64,000 nucleotides of DNA. It comes from Phoronis australis. Lineage: Eukaryota; Animalia; Phoronida. Position 1 is the first letter of the stretch, and each line of letters starts with the position of its first letter. Under the pieces are notes generated by a model, which worked only from the letters and a program-made list of their open reading frames with translations, was not told the origin of the DNA and ran no database searches. The position numbers and the translations under genes were made by a program. The stretch is from positions 319,202 to 383,201 of the forward strand of contig NMRA01000398.1 of NCBI GenBank assembly GCA_002633005.1, given 5' to 3'. Positions 26,201 through 36,698 of this stretch are shown in pieces.

Positions 26201-27430
26201 GCGAAACAGCTCTCCAGCCATATGTAAGTTGTTGAAATCGAATTCACACCTTATATTGGTGTTGTGTAATACACTGGACACATTATCTTACAAGAAATGT
26301 ACAGTAGCGACTATTGGAAGAACTGTCACTGATTGTCACCAAACCAGAATACTTGCACATTGGATGTGTTCATGGTGAGAGGTCTATTTGACTTGTATTT
26401 GTCCTTGCCAATGTCAAGAGTATATATAACCATGTAATATCCTTTACTATAGTCAATATAAAAAAACTGTTGGGGACGGGTCAGGTGAACTCCTATCCTG
26501 CCATGAGTAAAGTCTCGCCATATTATCCTCGACTTGCCTGTTATTACACTGATATATCTTCACCTGTGGATTTGGTATTGTTATAGGTGGATAATAAGCA
26601 AAACATACATGAAAACTGGATCCTTGCTGCAACAAATGCGATGCGAAATGGACGATTTTGGGTCTGTGTCTGTGGACTTGGAAACAGAACCATTGACGGG
26701 AGAGTCTGGCGTGCCTCCCAAGAGGATGTCTTCAAGCTGGAATGTACAGTCAAATGCCACATTGAAAAAATCTGTAGATGGCGTAGTTGTGGAGAGAGAG
26801 AATCATGGGATACTAGACGAGAGTGCCTCTGAGTGTTCAAATGGCACTAAAACAAGTGTAGCGTTCACCAATATCACGGTGGCCGCTGCCATCGCTTCCG
26901 CCGTCACTGCATCTAGTACAGACTCTCGCGACGATGGGGTCGCTGCTGGAGGCATCGTCAGTGCTACTAACGCTGACAAGGATGAATTGAATGACGGAGA
27001 TTGTACGGAGGAAATAGAAAGCCTTAAGAATGAATATGCTATGGATGAACAAACACTTCAGGACGACATTGCATCAGGTAGCAGCGTCCACGGTCAGAAG
27101 GATGACAAAGTCGCGAAGAAAGCAACACCCGAGTGTGAATACGATGATTTTGATGAACTACCGGCAGACGAAGTAGAAGCAGGAAGTGGATGCGAAGAAT
27201 ACTTTGACGCAACTTCGGTCATGGGTGGATCAGGCTGTGACTGGGAGACAGCATCTGCTTTGGAAGAACACCATTCCAATGACCAGACAATGTCAGCCAT
27301 CGAAGCTTCTGGAATTGGCTGTGAGGAACCCTCTACTCATAACCCGACAACCTCGGTTTCAGGAACCCCAGAGAACGACGTACCTGCTTGCACAATGATA
27401 GGCGAATTGATGGCAGAAGATGTCGATTAG
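23228..27430 (+). CDS. Predicted six-exon gene: F-BAR/FCH-like coiled-coil N-terminus plus long acidic, low-complexity C-terminal region (~470 aa). Exons 23228-23295, 24017-24244, 25087-25189, 26111-26223, 26453-26506 (optional), 26587-27430
   Basis: All junctions are GT-AG with compatible phases (2,2,0,2,2) and give one open frame: MIEIEELGEILEEKFNNIASRMRFLEGLKDALEIKARAEKQFGMQLEQ...YLEGINLKRIKKRTKK...DLRKHFASLEGISDGYQKTLIEALDKA...WIISKTYMK...acidic tail. The pattern L.E.F..I..R...L..L...L..KA.AE..F...L resembles the FCH motif. The product call is by eye only. Confidence 0.65.
23695..23915. repeat. Imperfect (CAT/CAC/CTT)n trinucleotide microsatellite in intron 1
   Basis: Runs such as catcatcatcaccaccatcatcatcatcaccatc and cttcttcttttcttcttc. 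Confidence 0.85.
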
Positions 27431-28064
27431 AGATCAGACGTTGAATTTCAGAGAATCAAAAACTCTCAGTTATGAAATTAAGCCTCAAATTGGGATGATC
27501 CGGAACATTATAACCAGAGAAACTCGGTTTGAAAAAGCTAGAGAATGACGTGCATAGAGTTTTAAGGAAAATGTGGACCAGATTAGATGTCGATAAATCA
27601 AATTTTGATTTAAATTTCGTTTTGTATTGAAATTTAGGATTGTGTAGGACCTAATAAACAAGTGTTCAAGATGATATCTCAAAAGCGCTGTTATAGTTTT
27701 TTGAAATATCGCTTTATTTTGTCTCCTGAAACTTTGGATTTTTTATTAAAGACATCGTTTTGAAAAAAGTACATGTACCTCAGTATCCAATCAACCAAAT
27801 TTGAAAATTTTTAGGGTCCTACATAACCTAAATTAAATTAAATATTGATTTGTCAATTGATGTTCTTAATTAAATAGTTAATTTTAAATTTGGAAATGTT
27901 TATTTTTCTTTCGTAGAAGGATATTTAAGCAATTAACACGCACAATGGAAGAAGTTAGAAAGATTTTCATATTATTGAGGTCTACATTGTGCGGAGTTAG
28001 GTCCCTGTACTGCGTCTTTGGATTCGCCATAGGCAGTGTGGACACTATGGCAAACTGAGCTTAA

Positions 28065-28222
28065 AGGCGAAGGCAACCTTTTTCCATGTCATTTTGAGCT
28101 AAAATAAGGTTGGTTGGTTATCCTAGACATATTTTTCACTTAATTACTGCTTTTCGTAATTTTATTAATTACTCGTCCGCTTTTCCGGAAGTGACGTTTT
28201 AGGAGGCAAGCGCTTCCCGCCA
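28065..28222 (+). repeat. Left terminal inverted repeat of Kolobok element
   Basis: Reverse complement of 29848-30005 with 2 mismatches. Confidence 0.95.
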
Positions 28223-28398
28223 CTTGGTTTTGCGTTGAGCTTACTGTGCGAATCTGTTCTATTCTACTTTTGTTTTGTGCTATTTTTCACCAATTGTCGC
28301 CACCACTTTCCATCGGCGAGTATTCTGCGGCAAGATAGGTTAGTAGAGAACTCAACTGCGTTGGATTTAGGGATTGTTTAGTGTGTTGTAAGCTGAAA

Positions 28399-28710
28399 AT
28401 GGCTGGAGTCGGTGACCCGTATCACAGTGACAGTAGTGTGAGTGACGGAGACCTTGTTCACAGCAGTGGTGACGAGGAATTTTTTCACGGACATTCAGTG
28501 GGTGGGTACATGTTTGAGCCCGAGTACAACGAGGCAGAGTACACACAGGCACAGGCAGCTGTTGAGAGAAACGAGGCGGCTACTGAAGACAGACGTGGTG
28601 ACACATCTTGGTGCAAATGCACTGTGTGCGTTGTTATGCCTACCTCAATTGAATGCTTGTGCTGTTCCGAGTTCCACATCAATTATCTTTTTGGTCTCTT
28701 CCTCCATTAG
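28399..28710 (+). pseudogene. Truncated KolX-like protein (P2X7 C-terminal 'ballast'/Zn-coordinating Cys domain homolog)
   Basis: MAGVGD...YMFEPE...RRGDTSWCKCTVCVVMPTSIECLCCSEF matches the Y.FEP...WC.C..C..M....E..CC.E signature. Homology stops at ~28675, where it abuts the antisense transposase. Confidence 0.85.
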
Positions 28711-29740
28711 AGTGTATGTGGTATACTTGGCGGACCGCCCTGGTGAGTCAGACAAGTTCTCCTTCTCCATGAATTCCGCCACCAACTCGAGATGTTGTGA
28801 CATGTATGCGTCATTGACAACTGGTATTAAATAGGAATTCTGAATGTTGTTGAATGTTGTTTTCGAAAAAAAACTTGACTTTTCCAAAGTCCATCATTGT
28901 CTTCACCGACTGAAACGTGTTTCCAGTGAAGAGCACACCACTGGACATGGTTAAGTGGACCTCCGGCATACCACGGACAGAGGAACAACTGTCCCACTTG
29001 CCAGAGTGTCCCGTGACACACTCCCACTGGATGGTGACCTGAGCACCCAAACTGCTTACATTGTGTCGTGTGACTCCCTCGCCACACACCTGGCACCTTC
29101 TAAATAGCTCCAACACTTTAGACAAGTCCACAATAAACTTATCAAAGTTTGGCTCACCGATCTGTTCACTGGACGACGAACTGTCCTCTTCACTGGGTGT
29201 CGAACTGGGCCTGTAATCACTCCCACTACTCAATATCGCTGCAGGGCTGCTTAGAGGCTCTGGGCTGGAGAAAACAGCACAGGGCGAATCACTACTGGTT
29301 CCAGGAATTGCACGCTCTGGGGTACGTTCGGAGGCACGGGTGACAGTAGATGAAGTGCCTCCACTGGCTCCAGTCACTGTACTGGCCACAGCTCGCGAGG
29401 CTTCTCGCTTCAAAAACGCACTTCTCGGGGGTGGCGACGGGGCACTGCCGGGAATCAACACAGACGGAATGGCATCCTTCTTCAAGCGTTGTTTCGCGGG
29501 GACCTTCATCAGTTCAGCGTACAAATCCCTTTCGTAATCGGACGGCAGAAAGTGCTTGCCACACACACGGTAATTCTCCACTGCTTTGTACGTTGCGTGG
29601 ACGGGTAACGCTGCGTTCTTCACACGAACGAGCCAAGTACGGCGAAGTGTGTCATCCATCGGAAAGCGATGCAAAGGCACTCCCAAAGCGCGCGTGAGCC
29701 GATAATTACTACATCCCGGTACGCAGCAACAGTGTGGCAT
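28665..29740 (-). pseudogene. Truncated, frameshifted THAP-domain Kolobok DDE transposase
   Basis: N-terminal THAP (MPHCCCVPGCSN...LHRFP...W...VCGKHF...LKKDAIPS), Ser/Pro linker and CxxC...C..GH..W Zn motif. Frameshift at the A8 run 28866-28873, then DSPGRSAKYTTYTLM (family motif usually GDGRxDSPGxSAKY). The rest of the catalytic core is deleted. Confidence 0.88.
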
Positions 29741-29847
29741 GTTGACTGACTAGTAAATGAAAGCGAACGACGACGGAACTTAACACAACCGAGGTAGAAC
29801 AATGACTGACTCGGCAGCTCTCACAGTCAGACTATGTGAAAAGAAAT

Positions 29848-30005
29848 TGGCGGGAAGCGCTTGCCTCCTAAAACGTCACTTCCGGAAAAGCGGACGAATA
29901 ATTAATAAAATTACGAAAAGCTGTAATTAAGTGAAAAATATGTCTAGGATAACCAACCAACCTTATTTTAGCTCAAAATGACATGGAAAAAGGTTGCCTT
30001 CGCCT
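29848..30005 (-). repeat. Right terminal inverted repeat of Kolobok element
   Basis: Reverse complement of 28065-28222. Confidence 0.95.
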
Positions 30006-33000
30006 TTAAGACATGGCGCAAATTGGAACTATTCGACTTAAAACGATCCTGAATGACAGTGGGAACAATAATACCACGTTTTAGTAGTTGGCGAAAGTGA
30101 CAGTGTAACACTAGCAGCGCGTTGCACGGACTCAGGCTAACTCTCACTGGCATTTCCCGACAGCCATCTCTCGCAGTTGCTGGGGATAATTTGCGGTATA
30201 CAGGAGACCGAATCCGAGAGAAATAACAATATGCATACATGCACACATACAGCTGATAAACGAAATTTTTATTCAATGAGTAAGAATTAAGTGCCTCACA
30301 TTTGAAGACTTGTTCTAGCCTCTTACAAAGGTGATTAATCTTAAGTTTTTCATTAGTCAAATGTCAAGAAATACATTCCTGAGATTACTAATGTCATTTT
30401 TCTGTGATGATGGTAGTTTGCTGTCGAATATGTTGGTGATTTAATTAATGTTTGTTGTCATGCTTATGTTGTCTATGGGACATTAGCAAGTGGGCTAAAA
30501 AGCCCGCAATTTGGAGGTATATAAAACTAAATAGTATATACAGACAAATCCATACTTTACAAGCACCTTGGTGACGTGCAAAGATGTATTACACCGCTTC
30601 AAAAATGCGTGATATTGCCAAAAACTTGTTGGTATACATTTTTGATTCGAACGAAAACTAATGAAACAGGGAAATTCCGGGCTGTGCCTTTCGCCTAAAA
30701 TGAAATGCCGGTTAGAACAGTGCTGCCCTTTCTCTGGTGCAGACGTTTTTGGATCTGATTGGCGCCCCTTATCATCAGCGGCTGAATACCTACCCTAAAA
30801 CACGCGTAGCGCACGAGAAACCCGTTCACGGATCTATGTTTTGCGATTTTGGATTATACCACACAGGAAAGTTTAATTTGGGAGACAAGTATTATATTTT
30901 CATGTATTAAAGGCGCCATTCTGGGTTTAGCAATCCGTGACTGGATATAAGTTTCTTACAGAGAGATTCTCTCGTAACAGTGCCCAAACCTTTTGCTATT
31001 ATTTAACTGAGTTAGGGAAACAAAACTTTGAAAGGGCCTGCTGAATTTTATCGCGAGTGAACGCTGTAGCACGCGTTGCGAATAAAGTTCATTCAATGCA
31101 GCTTACCAGGTTTTTTATGCATGGTGTTGGACGGATGTATTTCATAGAGGAGCACGGTTTTCAATTTCAATTCATCGTTGAAAGGCTTTCCTTTGAATTA
31201 GACTTTCTTTTGAGCTCAAACATGCGACAGGTCCTTTCCAAGGCGACACCATCTTGAGTTCATTTTTTTGTTTAGATTTGTCAGTTCCAGATCCGATCAA
31301 TTTTCTTGGAACGGATTTAGACATCTTAAAATTGACTTAAGTTGTAGGTTTGTCATAGCTCAGTCAGCTGTTATTGGAACGGGCGCCATCTCTATAAACA
31401 TTACTTCACGCTTCCTTGGGCTTCACAGGACTTAATGCCAAACTAGTAGGGAAAACGGCTGGCACGCAGCCGAAAACGCTGATTAAAAATAACAAATCCA
31501 AATCAGTACAAGATCAAAACATAAAATTGACAGTCTTCAAATTTTGAAATTCCTGCCGTAATTGGAGAAATATTAGCAGTCGAAAGTTAGGGACTTGTTT
31601 CGGAAGCATGCACGCAGCCTGCCTAAAAATGATGGGCTTGAATTTTTGAAAATTTGGACCATTTACTAATTTTACAGCGTAGGTTCAGAGCTATGAATTG
31701 TGTATTCGCCAAACTTTGCTATTACTGCATTTTTAGCGGACTTTTGTCTCATTCTGTTCTGTTCTCATTTCTAATTCTCTGAGTTGCATCTTTTGTCCAT
31801 TTTACCAAAAGGGGAGATCGTTCTAGACTTCCGAGTCCCCCAGGGTGCGCTCATGGGGAGAATCATTCTGTATGGGTGTTTTTTTGTTTTTATGCATGGA
31901 TAGAGCTTATTGTAAGTAAAACCATTTATTTCAAACTAGCGACCATGCATATCGTATAATCGCGAAGCGTACAGTGATAATTACAAGCTACCAAATCCCA
32001 GACACAATCCAATGAACTCTAGGTGAAAAAAATAATGCATTTTTGGAGTCGGACCTTTTTAAAGTGTAACGACTATTATATACATTCATTCGCCTTGTCC
32101 CCGTCCATTATTCCCAACCAGGCAGGCGAGAAGTGATGCGGAACCGTGGTATATACGGCCGTAACACAGCTACATGTAGAAATAGCGTCCCTGATAGAAA
32201 TAGAATTCTGGGTTCCATGTACCTCGGGATCACCATACAGCATAAGGGTGCGTATTTTCACAAGATTTTTCCTCTTAAATGTCCCACATCGAGGCTCATG
32301 CGCCTAACCTCAGCAATAATGAGCATTTCCAAAATTAGGCGCATGCGCCGCTTTGCGTTCCATTTTCACTTTCCTGGTTTCAGAATCAACGTGGGGAATT
32401 CTCAGGTCGGCTGAGTTTTGGTAAAGCAAAATCATCTTTTTCCCAATCTAACTTCGATCGTGGAGTACGCTGTCTTATCTTCCAAAATGTGCGCTGGCTA
32501 CACTTGCATGTACTTCAAGCTGCGCATTCACTAAAGCGAACTTTATTTACAGCTATACCAAAGTTTTTGACCCATTACTACGAATTGCTTGATCCTTGGA
32601 AAATTGTTAGTGCATTATGTGCATGTAGCTATACCTTTTTATCTCGCTTACTCTATAACCGTCCAGTGATAGCTTCTCTCGTTTTTTGCGCACATTTGTT
32701 TACTGAATGACACCTCTACACCCACAAAGCAACATTCTGACCCATTTCCGCTATTGAGGAATATTTAGACAAAGGAATAAACCGAGCAACCCTTTTTAAC
32801 GGTTGAAATCCTTTCACACAATAGACACAATAGACGGTGGTTTCTAGATAAACTTTCATTTAACCAAACAGTTAATAATTGTGGTCGATCAGTTCTTCAC
32901 AAATTAGCTAACCAGTGATCAGCAGCATGATGTTTCATTTTGCAATTCACCCTTCCTAAATCAACGACTATAAAAGTGCACCCCAAATATCTATTCTTAT

Positions 33001-33677
33001 TCCCTTTTTTCTTCTTATTTACGGAAATGATCTCCAAAAATCCACTTCTCGGGAGATACTGTGTAAGGCGATGATACACCTTTGTGTTCAAAATCAACAA
33101 ACAACAAAGCGAACTTTTTTATTTTGTTTGAGTTGACACTTAAGACACTAGGGTTCTGTTTCATGAAAGTTACTCAATGATAATGACATAAAATTGGTCT
33201 CACTTTCACACTACGTTATCTGAAAAAGTATTAGGCATGTCATTATGAGCGCAGCATAGCCTAAGTAGCACTAATCTTAAGGGCCACTCTCGGAGTGGCT
33301 GTTTTGAGATACATGTACATGGTCGCAATAGACACACACATTGTATTGTCGCTAACTTTTTTGGGCTTTAAAACCATTATTGTCATATTAATAAAAATCC
33401 TAATTTACCAGTGATTATTCCCAACAAAGGAGACACTATGACCATTGTAAGCTATTTTTGGAGACAGGTATCCGAATTTGATTGTTGGGGACGTAGAAGA
33501 CGGAGCCTCCAAAGCAGACCTCTGAACCGGTACACAGAAGGACAATAAAGGAGAGCACCTTTGTTTGCGGCTGTCACGCTGTTTCGTGCACTGACATCGA
33601 CGTTTTGCTGCTTTTAGACATAATTATGTGTTTTGTACATATATTCACGAAAACAACAACGGATTTAAAACTTGACA

Positions 33678-34324
33678 CGCTAATAGACAGGGTATATCGC
33701 ATTAACAACACTTGGGCTAGATTTGATTCTAATATCAAAGAACTTACAACGAATTTGCAAAAGAATGGCTATCCCCTAGAATTAGTCAATAGGGTACTGA
33801 AAGCAAGACTCCAACGTAACCCTGATGATGTTCATCCTGTAGACAAAACTAACTACAAGTACTTTAAAATACCCTATGTTGGGTTTTACGCCAAAATTGC
33901 TCAACGAAAACTCAACAAATTGGTGAATGATTACTGTGTGAACTTAAGAGTTGTATTAACATTCAAGTCTCTAAAACTGTCGAGTTTATTTAACCCTAAG
34001 GACAAAATTTCTATGGGTCTACGGTCCAAGGTTGTATACAAATTTATCTGTGCTGGATGTGGCTCCAGTTATATAGGCGAAACTGTTCGCCATTTGAAAA
34101 CCAGGACCAAGGAACATCTAAATTCTGACAGTAATTCACATGTAAATATTCACCTGCAGAGCTCCAATCATTGTTATCAGCAGTGCTCTTTCAATGACTT
34201 TGCAATAATAGACCAGGCAGTAACAACAAAGGAGCTTAAAATTCGTGAGGCTTTACATATCAGTTGGTGGAAGCCCAATCTCAATAGGCAACTGACACAC
34301 TACAGGTTGTCATTGTTGGTATAG
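33678..34324 (+). CDS. C-terminal part of Penelope-like ORF (RT thumb/linker plus GIY-YIG endonuclease), 5'-truncated
   Basis: TLIDRVYRIN...L.KNGYP...IPYVG...VVYKFICAGCGSSYIGETVRHLKTRTKEH...LKIREALHI...PNLNRQ. Open frame without stops; RT core missing. Confidence 0.9.
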
Positions 34325-34404
34325 TTCATTGTCACTCCCTGTAACTGACTGTATCTGTGCTTCATTACTTGTTGCTGGGCCTAGCTAGGTGGCCACTGTG
34401 TTAT

Positions 34405-34452
34405 GACTTCTGAGGATGGTGTTAAATAAATGACACCGAAACATGTCAAGTT
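34405..34452 (+). ncRNA. Minimal type I hammerhead ribozyme of the Penelope-like element
   Basis: GACUU-CUGAGGA-U-GGUGUU(aaauaaau)GACACC-GAAA-CAUG-UC^AAGUU. Conserved CUGANGA and GAAA core, GUC cleavage triplet (cut after 34447), stem I GACUU/AAGUU, stem II GGUGU(U)/(G)ACACC, palindromic ACAUGU stem III. Confidence 0.88.
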
Positions 34453-34845
34453 TTAAATCCGTTGTTGTTTTCGTGAACATATGCTGTTACTTGCTATCAT
34501 GGAGATCTTTTGTACATATAACACCTATTATCATGGTTTCCTTGGTTGTTTTTGTCGATACTTACATGTATATTCACGGTCAATGTAAGGCTGGCGCACC
34601 TTGCTACAAGTCCATTAAGAAGTGGTCATCGATTATCCAAGTGGTACGTCACTTAAACTTCTGTGTATCATATGCAAACATTAGCAAACGATCGCAAAAC
34701 TGCAATTAACTGGAACACAATCTTCACAAACTAGAACCAAGACGACTCATGAACGAAGTTTCATCACCATAAACAGAAGCAAAAACAAAAGAATAGCATC
34801 ATAAATCTGTAAGCAATATTGAGAATTGCGAGTAACGGAAGGAAC

Positions 34846-34953
34846 ATGGAGAACAAGCCAGACCATTTGTCCGAGTTTTGCAACACGACCTCCTGCCATG
34901 GAGCGTCTCAAATCTTCAATGACAAGTATGGCAAAATTTCACGGAGTGTTATG
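34846..34953 (+). CDS. DEG/ENaC channel gene (intact, + strand), coding exon 1
   Basis: MENKPDHLSEFCNTTSCHGASQIFNDKYGKISRSVM|GTAAGT; pre-TM1 F..TT.HG motif; 108 nt, phase 0. Confidence 0.9.
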
Positions 34954-35900
34954 GTAAGTTGCTTGTTTCAGTATAACATGTTCATCTGCAATAAACTTAA
35001 GCGATTATTGTAATCAATTAATTAATAGATAATTTGTGGACATTATTATTTGTCAAGATAAATTACTAGATGCAAGAATTATACACCACAACTTCTGATC
35101 ATGTTTCTTAAAAACTGACTCAAGTCCTAAAGGACCAAAATTGTTAGTACTGCTATTTCGGCTAGTTTAAGACCGAAGGAGAAGATTCCGAAATTACCGT
35201 TTCATGAAGACGCGGTCATATTTTGTTTACACAAACCAAAACTTCCGCTGTAAACACTAGGCAAGGCAATGCGTGAAATACGGTCTCAATGAAAATCTTG
35301 GTCTTGGAACTCTAAATTGGGATACATCTTCGTTTTTATGGGAACAATTGGGATCTCGTTTGCATGAGAAGACACTGGTTTTACATACCGGTAGGTCGCG
35401 CTGCATTTTTTCTACGAGAGCAGGCGATATTCAATGTTTAGGAACAATATATTGCGAAAAATATCAACGAAATCTATTCCTCAACAGCTTACAATAATAA
35501 TAGCCTAAACTTTAGATAAGTTAGACGAAAAGTCTAATCTTAAGCCTACTACGCAGCAGGTTAACTTTCTTTCTTCGATTTGACCAATTCAGAGACCTGG
35601 CAGGGTTATTTTGGTCGAAAGTGTTCCCGAAATCAATGTAAGTTAAGGCTGAAGACGTTCCACGAAAGCGGCTATGGAACTCAATCTAAATAATTTTGCC
35701 CACTTTCGAGTTCCGCCTGAGCTTCTGCTGCGCTAAACCCCGCAATTTATTCGCTAAAATTGTTGTGTATGAATATTGGCAGACGGCAACACAATTTCCG
35801 TTGGAGCTAGTGTGTAATCAATCCAATAGAACAAGACAGATCCTCGATGATACACTAAGTTTAAAACCATGCGATTTATTTTTCCCTTCCAAATCATTCG

Positions 35901-36350
35901 AATGGTTATGTAATTTATCTCTACTGTTAGATACAATATTATGTCATGAAATTATTAAAATTAAAATGACAACCTGTCATCAACATACTTTGTGTTCCCT
36001 TGATTGGCAATTCAAACATCCGTCGTCTAGACATATCCCGTCTCCACAATCGTTGTGCTTTGGGTGCCTCCCATTTTGCTCGTCTCATGTGACAATACCC
36101 TTAAAAAAACAGGAGGCGTACAAAGGGGCCACGGCAAAAGGGAAGACTTGTCCCCACTAACGATATTTTGCTTAACATTTACACCTTCGGGTTGAACTAG
36201 GTTCATGTAACTGATTAAGACTCAAACGTGACATGATTTGTCCTTCCAGGTGGTTCTGCTTCTCTGCAGTCTTGCAACAGCAGCAGTCAATGTGGTGTTG
36301 TCTATCAAAAGCTACTACAGTTATCCATACCACCAAACGGCGGCAAAGAT
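35901..36350. repeat. ~450-bp tandem duplicate of 36352-36799 across a single 'n' (probable allelic/assembly duplication), including the first 100 bp of ENaC exon 2
   Basis: Near-identical copies (about 7 differences seen) meeting exactly at n36351. Confidence 0.85.
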
Positions 36351-36698
36351 NATGGTTATGTAATTTATCTCTACTGTTAGATACAATATTATGTCATGAA
36401 ATTATTAAAATTAAAATGACAACCTGTCTTCAACATACTTTGTGTTCCCTTGATTGGCAATTCAAACATCAGTCGTCTAGACATATCCCGTCTCCACAAT
36501 CGTTGTGCTTTGGGTGCCACCCATTTTGCTCGTCTCATGTGACAATACCCTTAAAAAACAGGAGGCGTACAAAGGGGCCACGGCAAAAGGGAAGACTTGT
36601 CCCCACTAACGATATTTTGCTTAACATTTGCACCTTCGGGTTGAACTAGGTACATGTAACTGATTAAGACTCAAACGTGACATGATTTGTCCTTCCAG

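Larger units (their letters stand above)
28065..30005 (-). mobile_element. Kolobok-superfamily DNA transposon, internally deleted (1941 bp), 158-bp TIRs, TTAA TSD
   Basis: TTAA(28061-28064)|AGGCGAAGG...CCTTCGCCT|TTAA(30006-30009). TIRs 28065-28222 and 29848-30005 differ at 2 positions. Convergent THAP-transposase and Cys-rich KolX-like ORFs. TTAA TSD, RR..YY termini and this gene pair are the established Kolobok hallmarks. Confidence 0.92.
33644..34507 (+). mobile_element. 5'-truncated Penelope-like retroelement with inverted 5' segment and 13-bp flanking direct repeat
   Basis: GIY-YIG ORF followed by a hammerhead-containing 3' region. 33638-33677 is the reverse complement of 34444-34483 (1 mismatch). 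TTTTGTACATATA occurs at 33631-33643 and 34508-34520. Confidence 0.88.

Noticed and set aside
36250-36350. Apparent extra or alternative ENaC exon (duplicate TM1 start)
   Set aside because: Part of a near-identical 450-bp duplicate ending exactly at a single 'n'; most likely an assembly join of two alleles.
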